Shown here: piece by piece, positions 1 through 10,286 of the stretch | Layout of the letters: each line of letters begins with the position of its first letter | Numbering within the stretch: position 1 is the first letter of the stretch | Assembly: GCA_965200155.1 (NCBI GenBank) | Contig: CBDATR010000043.1 | Location: 32,001 to 96,000, forward strand | Reading direction: 5' to 3' | DNA length: 64,000 bases | Source of the DNA: Nitrosopumilaceae archaeon | GTDB lineage: Archaea; Thermoproteota; Nitrososphaeria; Nitrososphaerales; Nitrosopumilaceae | Program-made: the position numbers and the translations under genes | Notes under the pieces: model-generated | Databases searched by the model: none | What the model saw: the letters and a program-made list of their open reading frames with translations, nothing else | What the model was told of the DNA's origin: nothing

Positions 1-311
1 TAGCCCATCTTGTCCCGGATTGCCTGCCGTAGATCATCATCACTAATATTGCCGGGATCTATCCCGACAGAGCGGGCCATGGCCTCCAGCTTGGCCCTCT
101 CATCATCTACCGGACCGCTCACCCGTATGTTGTTATTATTGGTCAGCTCCTCTACAACACTCTTCTTTGCACTCTCAAACTCCGCCACCGCCTTTCCCAG
201 CTTGCGCGCCGCGGCAGGCATCTTGCCTGTACCCAGTATAAGAATGAGTGCAACGAATATGACAATTACCCATTCGGCCCCCATTATGTTAAGGAAGAGC
301 CATTCCAACAC
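1..311 (-). CDS. tatA: TatA/E-family twin-arginine translocase subunit (stop codon cut by window edge; start at 311 GTG or 284 ATG)
   Basis: Manual translation: MGAEWVIVIFVALILILGTGKMPAAARKLGKAVAEFESAKK, matching the TatA pattern of a TM helix, G hinge and amphipathic helix. Confidence 0.75.
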   Translation of the reverse strand, partial: MLEWLFLNIMGAEWVIVIFVALILILGTGKMPAAARKLGKAVAEFESAKKSVVEELTNNNNIRVSGPVDDERAKLEAMARSVGIDPGNISDDDLRQAIRDKMG

Positions 312-340
312 AAGCGGTATAATAATAATGAAAATTAAAT

Positions 341-1033
341 CTATGTCTTGCGAGCCGCGACCATTATTGCTCCACCTAGCATGCCCTTCTGGATATACAC
401 ATCACTATATTTCTCCAGCAGTAAAGATTCCAGTTTTTTATTATGTGGCCACCTCTTGTAGGTATCATACAGTGTGGCGAACTTCCAGCCCAGCCGTCCT
501 CCTGCTACCAAGGCCAGAAGTGGCAGTATGGCACACAAGTAAAAGGATACACCGGCGCGTATCATACTGTTATCGGGCTTGCCCAAGTCTACAACCACCA
601 GGCAACCACCCTTCTTGGTTACGCGGTACAACTCAGATATGGCAACCCTCAAGTTTATGGCATCCCGCAGGGAATATCCGCACAGTACTGTGTCGAACAT
701 CTCGTTCTGAAAGGGCATGTGTTCAAATACACCGTTAGCCTTGTGGCGTACCGGTAGTTCACGGGAAGTTTGCCGCAGCATCGGCAGTAATGGATCATAC
801 AGGGTTATGGAGAGATTGTCATACATAGAAGATGCCGTCTTTGACATGTTCCCAAAGCCGGATCCCGCATCCAGTACCTTGTAGCCGGTATTCACCCGCC
901 CCCTTATGCCCCGGGTACGATACTCTGAATCCTTGCCCAAGGATATGTAGGAGTTCACCCGATCATAGACCGGTATTATATCCTCCAGTACGCCTATTAC
1001 ATGATCCCACTTCTCGGCCAGACCCAGAGTCAA
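341..1033 (-). CDS. UbiE/MenG-like SAM-dependent methyltransferase
   Basis: YDRVN N-terminal motif, VLDAGSGFG SAM motif I, EHMPF..EMFD, GYSLRD. Confidence 0.85.
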   Translation of the reverse strand: MTLGLAEKWDHVIGVLEDIIPVYDRVNSYISLGKDSEYRTRGIRGRVNTGYKVLDAGSGFGNMSKTASSMYDNLSITLYDPLLPMLRQTSRELPVRHKANGVFEHMPFQNEMFDTVLCGYSLRDAINLRVAISELYRVTKKGGCLVVVDLGKPDNSMIRAGVSFYLCAILPLLALVAGGRLGWKFATLYDTYKRWPHNKKLESLLLEKYSDVYIQKGMLGGAIMVAARKT

Positions 1034-1737
1034 GAAGATGCCGAGTAGGATTTCATCTCCGCATCGGTTATCCTCTCAAAGGTACGATCTTTGGTGGTTA
1101 TGCGGGCCATCTTGATATTGTCAACACTGTTCTTGTTTACGGAATTCTTGTTTATGGCCGCGACAGTAAGAGAGGCTGCCTCCTCCAATGTCATGTCGAA
1201 TTTGTAGTTCTTTTCTAGGAATGTGTTTATCTCATCAGATCTTGCACCAATGGCCACCGCTACATAGGAGGAGAAGGCGCCACTGGGGTCTGTAACATAT
1301 ACCAACTCTTTTTTATCCACACCAGCTATTATCAGCGATACTCCGTTGGGGCGCACTCCCGCATATTGTGTAAACTGTAATGATATATCCGCAAGATGCT
1401 TTGCTACTACCTCCACATCGGCCACCTCGTCATATGAAAGAACATTACCCTGAGCAAAGAGTTGTGCATTCTCAACCATGACACGAGCATCGGGAATATA
1501 ACCGGCCGCGGCTACGCCTATGTGCTGGTCTACCTGGAATATCTTTTGCGTACGGTCGGCGGTCTGTAATGACAGGGGTTTCTCTTCCACTGCCATTATC
1601 ACGCCCTCCCGGCTAACCAGACCCATGGCAACATTCCCGCGCTTTACTGTCTCTTCTGCATATTCCACCTGATATATACGACCATCAGGCGAGTACATGG
1701 TAGGAGTCATATCATACCCACGGGAGCTGGACATCAA
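1030..1737 (-). CDS. psmA: Proteasome alpha subunit
   Basis: GYDMTPTMYSPDGRIYQVEYA is the canonical proteasome alpha N-terminal signature. Confidence 0.95.
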   Translation of the reverse strand: MMSSSRGYDMTPTMYSPDGRIYQVEYAEETVKRGNVAMGLVSREGVIMAVEEKPLSLQTADRTQKIFQVDQHIGVAAAGYIPDARVMVENAQLFAQGNVLSYDEVADVEVVAKHLADISLQFTQYAGVRPNGVSLIIAGVDKKELVYVTDPSGAFSSYVAVAIGARSDEINTFLEKNYKFDMTLEEAASLTVAAINKNSVNKNSVDNIKMARITTKDRTFERITDAEMKSYSASS

Positions 1738-1822
1738 GGCTGTTTTACATGCATGACCTAGTTAATTTAAGGGTATAGCGAGTTCCATGAGTAACCGGTT
1801 ATAGGTCACTAGGTAACCGGTT

Positions 1823-2903
1823 GTGTGAGTTCACCTGTGTCTAAATTTACGCATAACTGATCGCGACAGTTAAAGAACCGGTTCTTTTGTGCATAAGATT
1901 CCGGAATGTAATGTATGAAAAGTCGGTCCGCTAGTCATTGGTATCTCGCTCCATCCATTTTGCATCATTTGCCCTAATTGTCTGGGTCGCCTTTTTATTC
2001 CTGGAGTGGTGTTTCGCCGTTATCTATCCAGTGAGAAGTGCAACCTTCTCTCATTGTAGTAGTCCACATAATCCCGGAGACTGTCATGATGTCATATCTC
2101 ATTGGACTCTTAAATAAGAGTCCCCTCGTCCTCAATCGTTCTGTGGAAGCGCTCCAGTTTGCCATTTGTCTGTGGATGATATGGTCTGGAATTGATTAGT
2201 ATGATGTCTTGATCCAGCAGTTCTTCCTAGAATAGTGGGTTTCCAGTTCTTTTTGCCCTTTTGTTGTACTACGAAACACGCGCCGTTATCAGAGATGCAG
2301 GGGCGCCGAATCGTTTCATTGCCAGTCTCAGTAATAGAACGGTGTTCTCTGAGGTTGCATGCTAGAATAGTGCCGCTCCGACTATACACCTGGATGCATC
2401 ATCTATGAGATTCAGTCCCCCTGAAGCGCTCATCTTTTCATGACATGCCAGTGCCACATTGCATTGGAATATTTACGCTCATATCGTACTCACTCTGACT
2501 TTGCAGGTGATGATCCTGCTGTACCGTTCTTTTTCATTATGCGATATACTACGCGATATGTATTCTGTCTAAGCCTCTTTGCAATACGTACTACTCCGGC
2601 GGGGTCCTTGCTGTATGCTTCAGTTATCATTCGTATCTGGGTGGCGGTGATTGGTATCATGGGCCTGCCCATCTTTACTCGAGTCGTTCCCATTCTCTGG
2701 TTCACAATCTTCGTACGTGTCTTGTTTCAGGTCTTGAGCTATTTTGGTGGAGGTAACGTCTCTTTTGCGCTGTCTTACTATTGATTTCTCTGTTATTCTC
2801 TTTACCATATGGCTTGTGCAATCTGAACTACTGTACGCCGGATCCTAAGCGGACTTACTTTTCGTACTATTGACATAAGATTCCGGAAGACGTGAACTCA
2901 TAC
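1823..2903 (-). mobile_element. IS66-type MITE (99-bp variant) interrupted by IS481
   Basis: Halves at 1823-1906 and 2876-2903; 8-bp TSD AACCGGTT on both sides. Confidence 0.9.
1907..2875 (-). mobile_element. IS481-family element, transposase pseudogene
   Basis: TGT...ACA ends; WVRYERKYSNAMWH, DDASRC and PQTNGKLERF remnants; flanked by duplicated TAAGATTCCGGAA. Confidence 0.85.
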
Positions 2904-3131
2904 AACCGGTTAGGTCACCCCTGTGCAATCGCTTAAAATACACAGCTAACATACCTATTCCTGCTTTTTCAGTGATGATACCTCACATATAGCGGCCACC
3001 ATAAGTCCTCGGGTAACAAATCTACATTTGTCACATACAATCCGTCTTACATGTCAAAGAATTATGGTGTTTGGTGTATGCCCATGAATTCACCGTCTAG
3101 ATGTATGATCTTTAACGCGACCTAAACGGTT

Positions 3132-3199
3132 GTATGAGTTCACCTGTGTCTAAATTTACGCACAACTGTTCGCGATAGTTAATGTGATTTGTGCACAAG
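3132..3199 (-). mobile_element. IS66-type MITE, truncated
   Basis: GTATGAGTTCACCTGTGTCTAAATTTACG...GTGCACAAG; second TIR is missing. Confidence 0.85.
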
Positions 3200-3310
3200 T
3201 TCTGCTAATTTATCCGGATTATGATACTTAAAGATAACCACGACATACATGTCCCAGTACTGATTTGTTGACTAGTATCCGCGCGTATTTTTATACATGC
3301 GATAGTAGAT

Positions 3311-6300
3311 GTGGTAATGACATCCGGGACAGCTGGTACCATTCTTGAAATGATACGGAAACAAAGTCGTCATCCCAGGGAGAAGGGTGACTCATTTGAG
3401 AGACTCTGGATGGGAATAATGGAGCAGTCGCCAGAGTTCGAAGTAGAACAACAATGGCAATGGAGGGATTATCCGGACCGTGGTAGTCATTCCCACAGTG
3501 ATGAAGGGATAGATATTGTCACTCTATTAAAAAATGGTAAGAAGGTAGCGATTCAGTGCAAGTGTTATAATGAGAATGATTACGTGAATAGAGAAGAAAT
3601 CAACTCATTCTTGACAGTATCTGACAAGTTCGATATGCGCTGGATTGTTGCTACATGTAAGTGGGGGAGAAATGCAGAGCAAGTAATTGAAGGAAGGACT
3701 ATTCCAGTCAAGCGCATTGATTTTCATGATTATGATGACGTCATCATAAATCAACCCAAGACAGAAAAACCGAAACGTATTCCATTACCACTACAAGAGA
3801 GCGCCATCAAGGCAGTTGTAACACGATTAAGTGATGGTGAGGATAGAGGTCAGTTAATAATGGCCTGCGGGACTGGCAAGACATTCACCTCACTCAGAAT
3901 AGCTGAGCAGCTTGTGGGGGGGGGGGGTTCCCGGAACATACTATTCTTGGCACCCAGTATCGCCCTAGTATCGCAGGCGCGCCGGGAATGGCTACGCCAT
4001 TCCACAAGAGTGATTAATTCACTAGTCATTTGCTCGGACAAGACGTCCGGTGGCAGGGGTGAGAGTGATGATATTATGGTAACGGAGATGATATGTGATG
4101 TTACAACGAATCCAGAAATTATATCAAATCACATGAAAGGTATCGGGATCAACGTCTTGTTCTGTACGTACCAATCGCTGGTTAACGTCTCAAAAGCACA
4201 GCTGGAAGGAGGCGCACCGTCATTCGATATGATGATAGCTGATGAGGCGCACCGAACTACTGGTGTTGAAAGGGATAACGGCTTCCACATGTTACATGAT
4301 GACTCCAAGATAAAAGCAGAAAAGAGGCTCTACATGACCGCTACGCCTAGAGTATACACTCCCAAATCCAAGAGAATGCTGGAGAAGAAGGGTTACTTAG
4401 TACATGACATGGATGATCATGAGAAATTTGGCGAGGTCTTGCATAGACTGACATTCAAGGATGCGGTTTCAAATGAGATGTTATCAGATTATAGAGTCAC
4501 GATAATGCGTGTACGGGATGATTCCGTGATACACGACTTTTATGACAAATACCTGCTTGAGACTAATGACGAGAAAGATCGTGTAATAGAGTATGAGGAT
4601 GTGGAGAGACTGGTTGGTACGGCGTTGGCCATTAACGGGATTACCGGTGAGAATTCCAAGAATGAGCGGCTGAAAAAGGTCTTGGGTTTTGCCAATAGCC
4701 GCAGGCGTTCCAAGGCATTCTGTGACTTGCTGAATATGCCTGACTTGCATGATATCGTGAAGAAACGACTGCAAAATTCACCAATACCGCATAGAGTAGT
4801 TCACATTGACGGCAAGTCAAGCGCACTAGAACGGAACAAGGCATTGCGGGAACTGGAACGCGCTGATGAGAAAAACCCGCAAATGATCATGAATGTCAAA
4901 TTATTCACCGAAGGCGTAGACGTTCCCTCACTCTCTGCGGCGGTATTCCTGGAACCAAAGGGTAGTATGGTCGATATCATACAGGCTGTTGGTCGTGTAA
5001 TGAGAAAGTCGGATGGCAAGCAATTCGGCCACATTATCATACCGGTTCCCATTCTTAATACTGATGACGTGGCCGGGGAGCTAGAAGCCAAGGACGGCTG
5101 GACATCAGTGGGACGTGTTCTGCAGGCTTTGCAGTCTCATAACGAGAGGCTACCGGATGATCCACTACGTTTTGTGAACATAGTTGACTCTGGTGACCCC
5201 AAATTCTCAAGCAGTCCTAATATAACGGGCATTCAGGACAAGCTGGAGTTAGGAGAGCTAAGCGAGAAATTCTATGCCAAGATTGTCTCCTCATCTGGAC
5301 TAGCAAAGCCGGGCCAGAGGGTGACCGATGAAATAACGCATGCTGTTACACTATCTGGTAGGGCATTCCAGAAGCGTGGGCTGGGTGAGAAGCTGGCTGA
5401 CATTCTAGGACTTTCAATCAATGATGGAACGGGCAGTGCGAATGTCTGCAAGATTGCCGCGCTGTTAGTCATAAATGCGTGCTTGTTACACCGCCGTCTC
5501 CAGGGAAACATCCCCGGCATTCAAACACTTGGTTCTATTAATGGCTCCTGTGAGCCACGGGAACGATTACAGGAGTCATGGAGAGTGATACTGGAACGGG
5601 ATTTTGCACCCGTTTTCGAACCCGCCCTGAGTGTTCTTGAATCACTCCCAGTCCAGGATAGAGAGATAAGAAACGCGCTATATAGAATCATAGACAGTGC
5701 CGATGCCATGGCCGACTCACTGAATGATTTGGGGTATGATCATGCAGGGCCACTATACCACAAGATATTGGGGACAGCCAAGAGTGATAGTGCGTATTAT
5801 ACAAAGAATGTTTCTGCGTTAATGTTAGCTAGACTCGCATTTAATGAGTCATTCATGGACTGGAGTGATAAAGACAAGGTGACTAGTCTAAGAGTGATGG
5901 ACCCCGCATGTGGGACTGGCACTTTACTGATGGCTGCACTAAAAACGATAAAGGAGCGGGCTAATGATGATAGCTTGCATGGCAAATTAGTAGAGGATTC
6001 CATTTGTGGCCTTGACATAAACAGGCATGCCGTTCAGTTGGCCGCGTGTAATCTTACACTGGGGGCGCCCACCGTCAATTACAAGAGAATGAATTTGTTC
6101 ACAATGAGGCACGGGCCGCAACCGGATAAGAGTGTGAAGGCCGGTTCTGTGGAGATATTGCGCTCTGTTAGTGATCGGGATGTATTACGCGCATTTGTAC
6201 AACCATTACGGGATGTGAGTGATGTAGGAGCTCAGCAGGTAGACAACGGAATGGAGTCATTCCAGATACAGAACCTGGATGTGGTTATCATGAATCCGCC

Positions 6301-7567
6301 TTTCGGTAATAGTGGTGTTAGGGGAAAGAAATTCAATAATGATGTGGTCAAAATGATGCAAAGAAATGAACTAGACATAAAGGATGATCTATCTAGACGG
6401 GATCCGGATGCCGGAAATGTTATAGATTCGAATGGTATGACTACATTCTTTGTCCCACTTGTAGACAGGCTGATAAACAGGAGTGTTGGTACGCTTGCAA
6501 CAGTTCTTCCCACCACTGTCTGTATAGGTGCGTCCGGGTCATCACAGCGGCGGTTACTGGCGAACCGGTTCCATGTTGAGAGGATAATAACTACACATGA
6601 TCCAAAACATGTCAATTTTTCATACGCGACCGACATTAACGAGAGCTTGATGGTTTGTAGGAGGTTCAACGGTGATGAGAAACCCCCAACAGAATTCATA
6701 TCGCTAAGTAAGATGCCAGAGAATACCAAAGAGGCGGTAGAGGTAGCTGATGCCATTGCCAATGGAAATTATGGTAGTGTTTGTTACTGGCCAAGTGAAA
6801 GAATGATGAATGGTGACTGGTCACCGGCACAATGGTATGATGTAGAAATACCCGAAATCATTTATGAGTTGGAAAAATCACCACTACTAGAAAGAATCGG
6901 TTCTTCATATAATATAGGACCTGTCGGCCAGGGCATACGTGGCACATATGAGGAGTGTGAACAAGGTGAACACGGCGCTGTAAAATTATTCTATTACATC
7001 AATGTTGATATTCGAAAGACCATACGGGGCAATCCTGACTCGTGGCGACGACCCAAACAGGGTATGGAAAGCGCCGCTCAAAGATATTGGAAACAACGTG
7101 GCCATTTACTTTTGGCTACACGATTCAGAACAACCAGCAGCCGTATTTTTGCACTATATACGGATCAGCCCTCAATTGGGAGTGCATGGATACCTGCTGG
7201 TGTTAAGGATGAGTTTACGGCAAAAGCGCTTGCCATCTGGTTGAATTCCACACCCGTTCTAATGATGCTTTTGAACCGTCGTAGTAAGACACTAACATAC
7301 CCCGCATGGTCACTGGTTCACCAACGAGAGATACTAATACCCAAACCGGACAATCAGTATTGGAATACATTATATGATACATATGAGAAAATATGTGATA
7401 GAGAGGTTCTACCACTGAAACAGGCGACAGTGTGTCCAGTACGAAAAATGATAGACGATGCAGCTGCTATCGTTCTCGGTATAGAACCGGAAGTAATAGA
7501 ATGCTGGCGCGAGAGATTAAACAGGGAACCTACCATAAGTAACAAATCAGTAGAGTCTACTATCTAA
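3311..7567 (+). CDS. Type ISP-like single-polypeptide restriction-modification enzyme (Mrr-like nuclease, SF2 helicase/ATPase, N6-adenine MTase, TRD)
   Basis: DEGIDIV..AIQCKCY nuclease; MACGTGKT, DEAH, MTATPR and QAVGRVMR helicase motifs; DPACGTG and NPPF MTase motifs. Confidence 0.9.
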   Translation: MVMTSGTAGTILEMIRKQSRHPREKGDSFERLWMGIMEQSPEFEVEQQWQWRDYPDRGSHSHSDEGIDIVTLLKNGKKVAIQCKCYNENDYVNREEINSFLTVSDKFDMRWIVATCKWGRNAEQVIEGRTIPVKRIDFHDYDDVIINQPKTEKPKRIPLPLQESAIKAVVTRLSDGEDRGQLIMACGTGKTFTSLRIAEQLVGGGGSRNILFLAPSIALVSQARREWLRHSTRVINSLVICSDKTSGGRGESDDIMVTEMICDVTTNPEIISNHMKGIGINVLFCTYQSLVNVSKAQLEGGAPSFDMMIADEAHRTTGVERDNGFHMLHDDSKIKAEKRLYMTATPRVYTPKSKRMLEKKGYLVHDMDDHEKFGEVLHRLTFKDAVSNEMLSDYRVTIMRVRDDSVIHDFYDKYLLETNDEKDRVIEYEDVERLVGTALAINGITGENSKNERLKKVLGFANSRRRSKAFCDLLNMPDLHDIVKKRLQNSPIPHRVVHIDGKSSALERNKALRELERADEKNPQMIMNVKLFTEGVDVPSLSAAVFLEPKGSMVDIIQAVGRVMRKSDGKQFGHIIIPVPILNTDDVAGELEAKDGWTSVGRVLQALQSHNERLPDDPLRFVNIVDSGDPKFSSSPNITGIQDKLELGELSEKFYAKIVSSSGLAKPGQRVTDEITHAVTLSGRAFQKRGLGEKLADILGLSINDGTGSANVCKIAALLVINACLLHRRLQGNIPGIQTLGSINGSCEPRERLQESWRVILERDFAPVFEPALSVLESLPVQDREIRNALYRIIDSADAMADSLNDLGYDHAGPLYHKILGTAKSDSAYYTKNVSALMLARLAFNESFMDWSDKDKVTSLRVMDPACGTGTLLMAALKTIKERANDDSLHGKLVEDSICGLDINRHAVQLAACNLTLGAPTVNYKRMNLFTMRHGPQPDKSVKAGSVEILRSVSDRDVLRAFVQPLRDVSDVGAQQVDNGMESFQIQNLDVVIMNPPFGNSGVRGKKFNNDVVKMMQRNELDIKDDLSRRDPDAGNVIDSNGMTTFFVPLVDRLINRSVGTLATVLPTTVCIGASGSSQRRLLANRFHVERIITTHDPKHVNFSYATDINESLMVCRRFNGDEKPPTEFISLSKMPENTKEAVEVADAIANGNYGSVCYWPSERMMNGDWSPAQWYDVEIPEIIYELEKSPLLERIGSSYNIGPVGQGIRGTYEECEQGEHGAVKLFYYINVDIRKTIRGNPDSWRRPKQGMESAAQRYWKQRGHLLLATRFRTTSSRIFALYTDQPSIGSAWIPAGVKDEFTAKALAIWLNSTPVLMMLLNRRSKTLTYPAWSLVHQREILIPKPDNQYWNTLYDTYEKICDREVLPLKQATVCPVRKMIDDAAAIVLGIEPEVIECWRERLNREPTISNKSVESTI
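3916..3927 (+). repeat. G12 homopolymer inside the RM gene (in frame)
   Basis: cttgt-G12-ttcc, encoding VGGGGS. Confidence 0.9.
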
Positions 7568-7598
7568 TTCTAGGTCTGTTCTAGTATGGTGAGTTACA

Positions 7599-7682
7599 GT
7601 ATAAGTTCACCTGTGTCTAAATTTACGCACAACTGTTCGCGACAGTTAAAGAACCGGTTCTTTTGTGCACAAGATTCCGGAA
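7599..7682 (-). mobile_element. IS66-type MITE (99-bp variant), truncated by IS481
   Basis: GTATAAGTTCACC...AAGATTCCGGAA abuts the IS481 left end. Confidence 0.85.
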
Positions 7683-8635
7683 TCAATAGTACGAAAAGTA
7701 AGCCGCTTAGGATCCGGCGTACAGTAGTTCAGCTTGCACAAGCCACGAAAGGCTATGGCAAAGAGAATAACAGAGGAATCAATAGTAAGGCAGCGCAAAA
7801 GAGACGTTACCTCCACCAAAATAGCTCAAGACCTGAAACAAGACACGTACGAAGATTGTGAACCAGAGGACGGGAACGACTCGAGTAAAGATGGGCAGGC
7901 CCATGATACCAATCACCGCTACCCAGATACGAATGGTAACTGAAGCATACAGCAAGGACCCCGCCGGAGTAGTACGTATTGTAAAGAGGCTTAGACAGAA
8001 TACATATCGCGTAGTATATCGCATAATGAAAAAGAACGGTACTGCAGGATCATCACCTGCAAAGTCAGAGTGGGTACGCTATGAGCGTAAATATTCCAAT
8101 GCAATGTGGCACGTAGACTGGCATGTTATGAAAGATGAGCGCTTCAGGGGACTGAATCTCATAGATGATGCATCCAGGTGTATAGTCGGAGCGGCACTAT
8201 TTGGGCATGCAACCTCAGAGAACGCCGTTCTATTACTGAGACTGGCAATGAAACGATTCGGCGCCCCTACATCTCGGATAACGGCGCGTGTTTCGTAGTA
8301 CAATAAAAGGGCAAAAAGAACTGGAAACCCACTATTCTAGGAAGAACTGCTGGATCAAGACATCATACTAATCGATTCCAGACCATACCACCCGCAGACA
8401 AATGGCAAACTGGAGCGCTTCCATAGAACGATTGAGGATGAGATATGGCATTATGACCGTCTCCGGGATTATGTAGACTACTACAATGAGAGAAGGTTGC
8501 ACTTCTCACTGGATATAGATAACGGCGAAACGCCGCTTCAGGAATAAAAAGGCGACCCAGACAATTAGGGCAAATGATGCAAAATGGATGGAGCGGGATG
8601 CCAATGACTAGCGGACCGACTTTTCATACATTACA
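7683..8635 (+). mobile_element. IS481-family element, frameshifted transposase
   Basis: Near-identical inverted copy of 1907-2875; ORFs 7734-7943 and 7858-8298; ends TTTTCATACATTACA. Confidence 0.85.
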
Positions 8636-8774
8636 ATTGCTGGGCGCGATCCATTATACTAGTATATAAGATCGAAGTTTTTAACTTTTATCTTGCTTCA
8701 AAGTACCATATTTAGCTGCACACAATACCATATTGACATGCCAAATTAACCACCCACTTGGGGGCGCGCAAATA

Positions 8775-8866
8775 GTATGAGTTCACGTCTTCCGGAATCT
8801 TATGCACAAATCACATTAACTGTCGCGATCAGTTATGCGTAAATTTAGACACAGGTTAACTCATAC
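8775..8866 (+). mobile_element. IS66-type MITE (92 bp)
   Basis: Full consensus; no clear TSD. Confidence 0.9.
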
Positions 8867-9023
8867 GCTATATGATCGCGTACTGATTCTGTGTGACAGA
8901 GTGTATTCAAGATTATGTCATGAAGCTCTGAATAATGTGGTGCACATTTGATTAATTACACTCCAAAAATCTAGGTAAATACCAAACAAAAAAGTATAAT
9001 AATATACCTAAAACATCACAAAT

Positions 9024-10286
9024 ATGAATAAGAGCATAATTTTCATGACGATATGTGCGCTATTGGCGTGCGTTTCTGTAACAAGCGCCACTGCACAGAC
9101 TGATGACGCCATGAATGATGACATGGTGCTATCGGGCGATGTTGAAATTGCAACTCTAAACCCGATAACAGGGGAGTCTGCCTCTACCGGTATCCAGACT
9201 GATGCGGCAGCCGCGCTGGCAGTAAATGACTTTAATAACTATCTGGATGCTATAGGGCAAACGTGGCAATTTGTCCTCACTAGGGAAGATAACGCAAGCA
9301 GCCCAACCATAAGCTTTGAAAAGATACAGAGTATAAAAGCCAAGGGGATAGATATTATCATAGGACCCACAAGTAGCGGAGTCGTATCGTTGATCAAGCC
9401 CTATGCGGATGTAAATAATATGATGCTGATCAGCTGTTGCTCAACTTCGCCTGAATTAGCCATTGCTGATGATAGTGTATACAGAATGGTACAGGATGAC
9501 ACGATACAAGGCAAGGGAGTAGCCAAGTTACTGGAGGCAAGTGGATTTGAGACGATGGTGCCCATATGGCGCGGTGATAGCTATGGAAATGGGCTTGTGG
9601 GGGAGACCAGAAAAAGTTTTGAGGAACGCGGTTTTATCAGCTATGACGGAATACAACTCAGTCCCGGCCAGAAAGAATTCTCTGCCGAGGTAGCGTTCTT
9701 GGCAGATCAAGTGCAGACGGCAGCAGATGAATATGGACAGGACAAAGTGGCTGTGTTTATGGTCGAGTTTGATAATGCCATATCGTTAATGCAGACTGCG
9801 GCCGATTACGATATACTAAGCTCTGTGCAGTGGTATACGGCAGAGGGTTTTGTGTCAAATCCTGATATCAATGACCCCATAGTTAGAGAATTTACTGACA
9901 GCGTTCAGTTGACTGGTTATCTGCCCGATGTATCTCGAGATGACTATCGTATAAAATTGCATCTGGCCGATGCCACAGGAATCCCGGAACCGACAACATT
10001 TGTGTATGCCGCTTATGATGCTGTCTGGCTAGTTGGTCTCTCCATTGCTGAGGCGCAAAGCGCCGAGGTATCTGACATCAAGGCTGTAATACATGAGGTT
10101 GCTGCAAATATGCGCAGTAGCGGAGCAGGTTCCCTTAATGAAGCGGGCGACTTGGCTCTAGGAAATTACGTCGTATACAAGACTGAAGGCGGGCAATGGG
10201 TTCCCACCGGTGAAAGATACGTTGGCATTACTGATACAATGGAGAATATGCAGAATCAGACAAATCATCAGTTCTCTAAAACATAA
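9024..10286 (+). CDS. ABC transporter substrate-binding protein (branched-chain amino acid/LivJ-like); last ~13 codons come from the adjacent IS
   Basis: Signal peptide, IIIGPTSS, ISCCSTSPELA, DSYGNGL and AAYDAVWL motifs of periplasmic binding protein type 1. Confidence 0.85.
   Translation: MNKSIIFMTICALLACVSVTSATAQTDDAMNDDMVLSGDVEIATLNPITGESASTGIQTDAAAALAVNDFNNYLDAIGQTWQFVLTREDNASSPTISFEKIQSIKAKGIDIIIGPTSSGVVSLIKPYADVNNMMLISCCSTSPELAIADDSVYRMVQDDTIQGKGVAKLLEASGFETMVPIWRGDSYGNGLVGETRKSFEERGFISYDGIQLSPGQKEFSAEVAFLADQVQTAADEYGQDKVAVFMVEFDNAISLMQTAADYDILSSVQWYTAEGFVSNPDINDPIVREFTDSVQLTGYLPDVSRDDYRIKLHLADATGIPEPTTFVYAAYDAVWLVGLSIAEAQSAEVSDIKAVIHEVAANMRSSGAGSLNEAGDLALGNYVVYKTEGGQWVPTGERYVGITDTMENMQNQTNHQFSKT

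Larger units (their letters stand above)
1813..3131. mobile_element. Non-autonomous element with GTAACC(G/T)TTAGGTC terminal inverted repeats, carrying a nested MITE and IS481
   Basis: Left end GTAACCGGTT|AGGTCAC is split by the MITE insertion. Right end GACCTAAACGGTT is at 3119-3131. Confidence 0.5.

Noticed and set aside
10-738. 242-aa + strand ORF
   Set aside because: Antisense shadow of the tatA-like and methyltransferase genes
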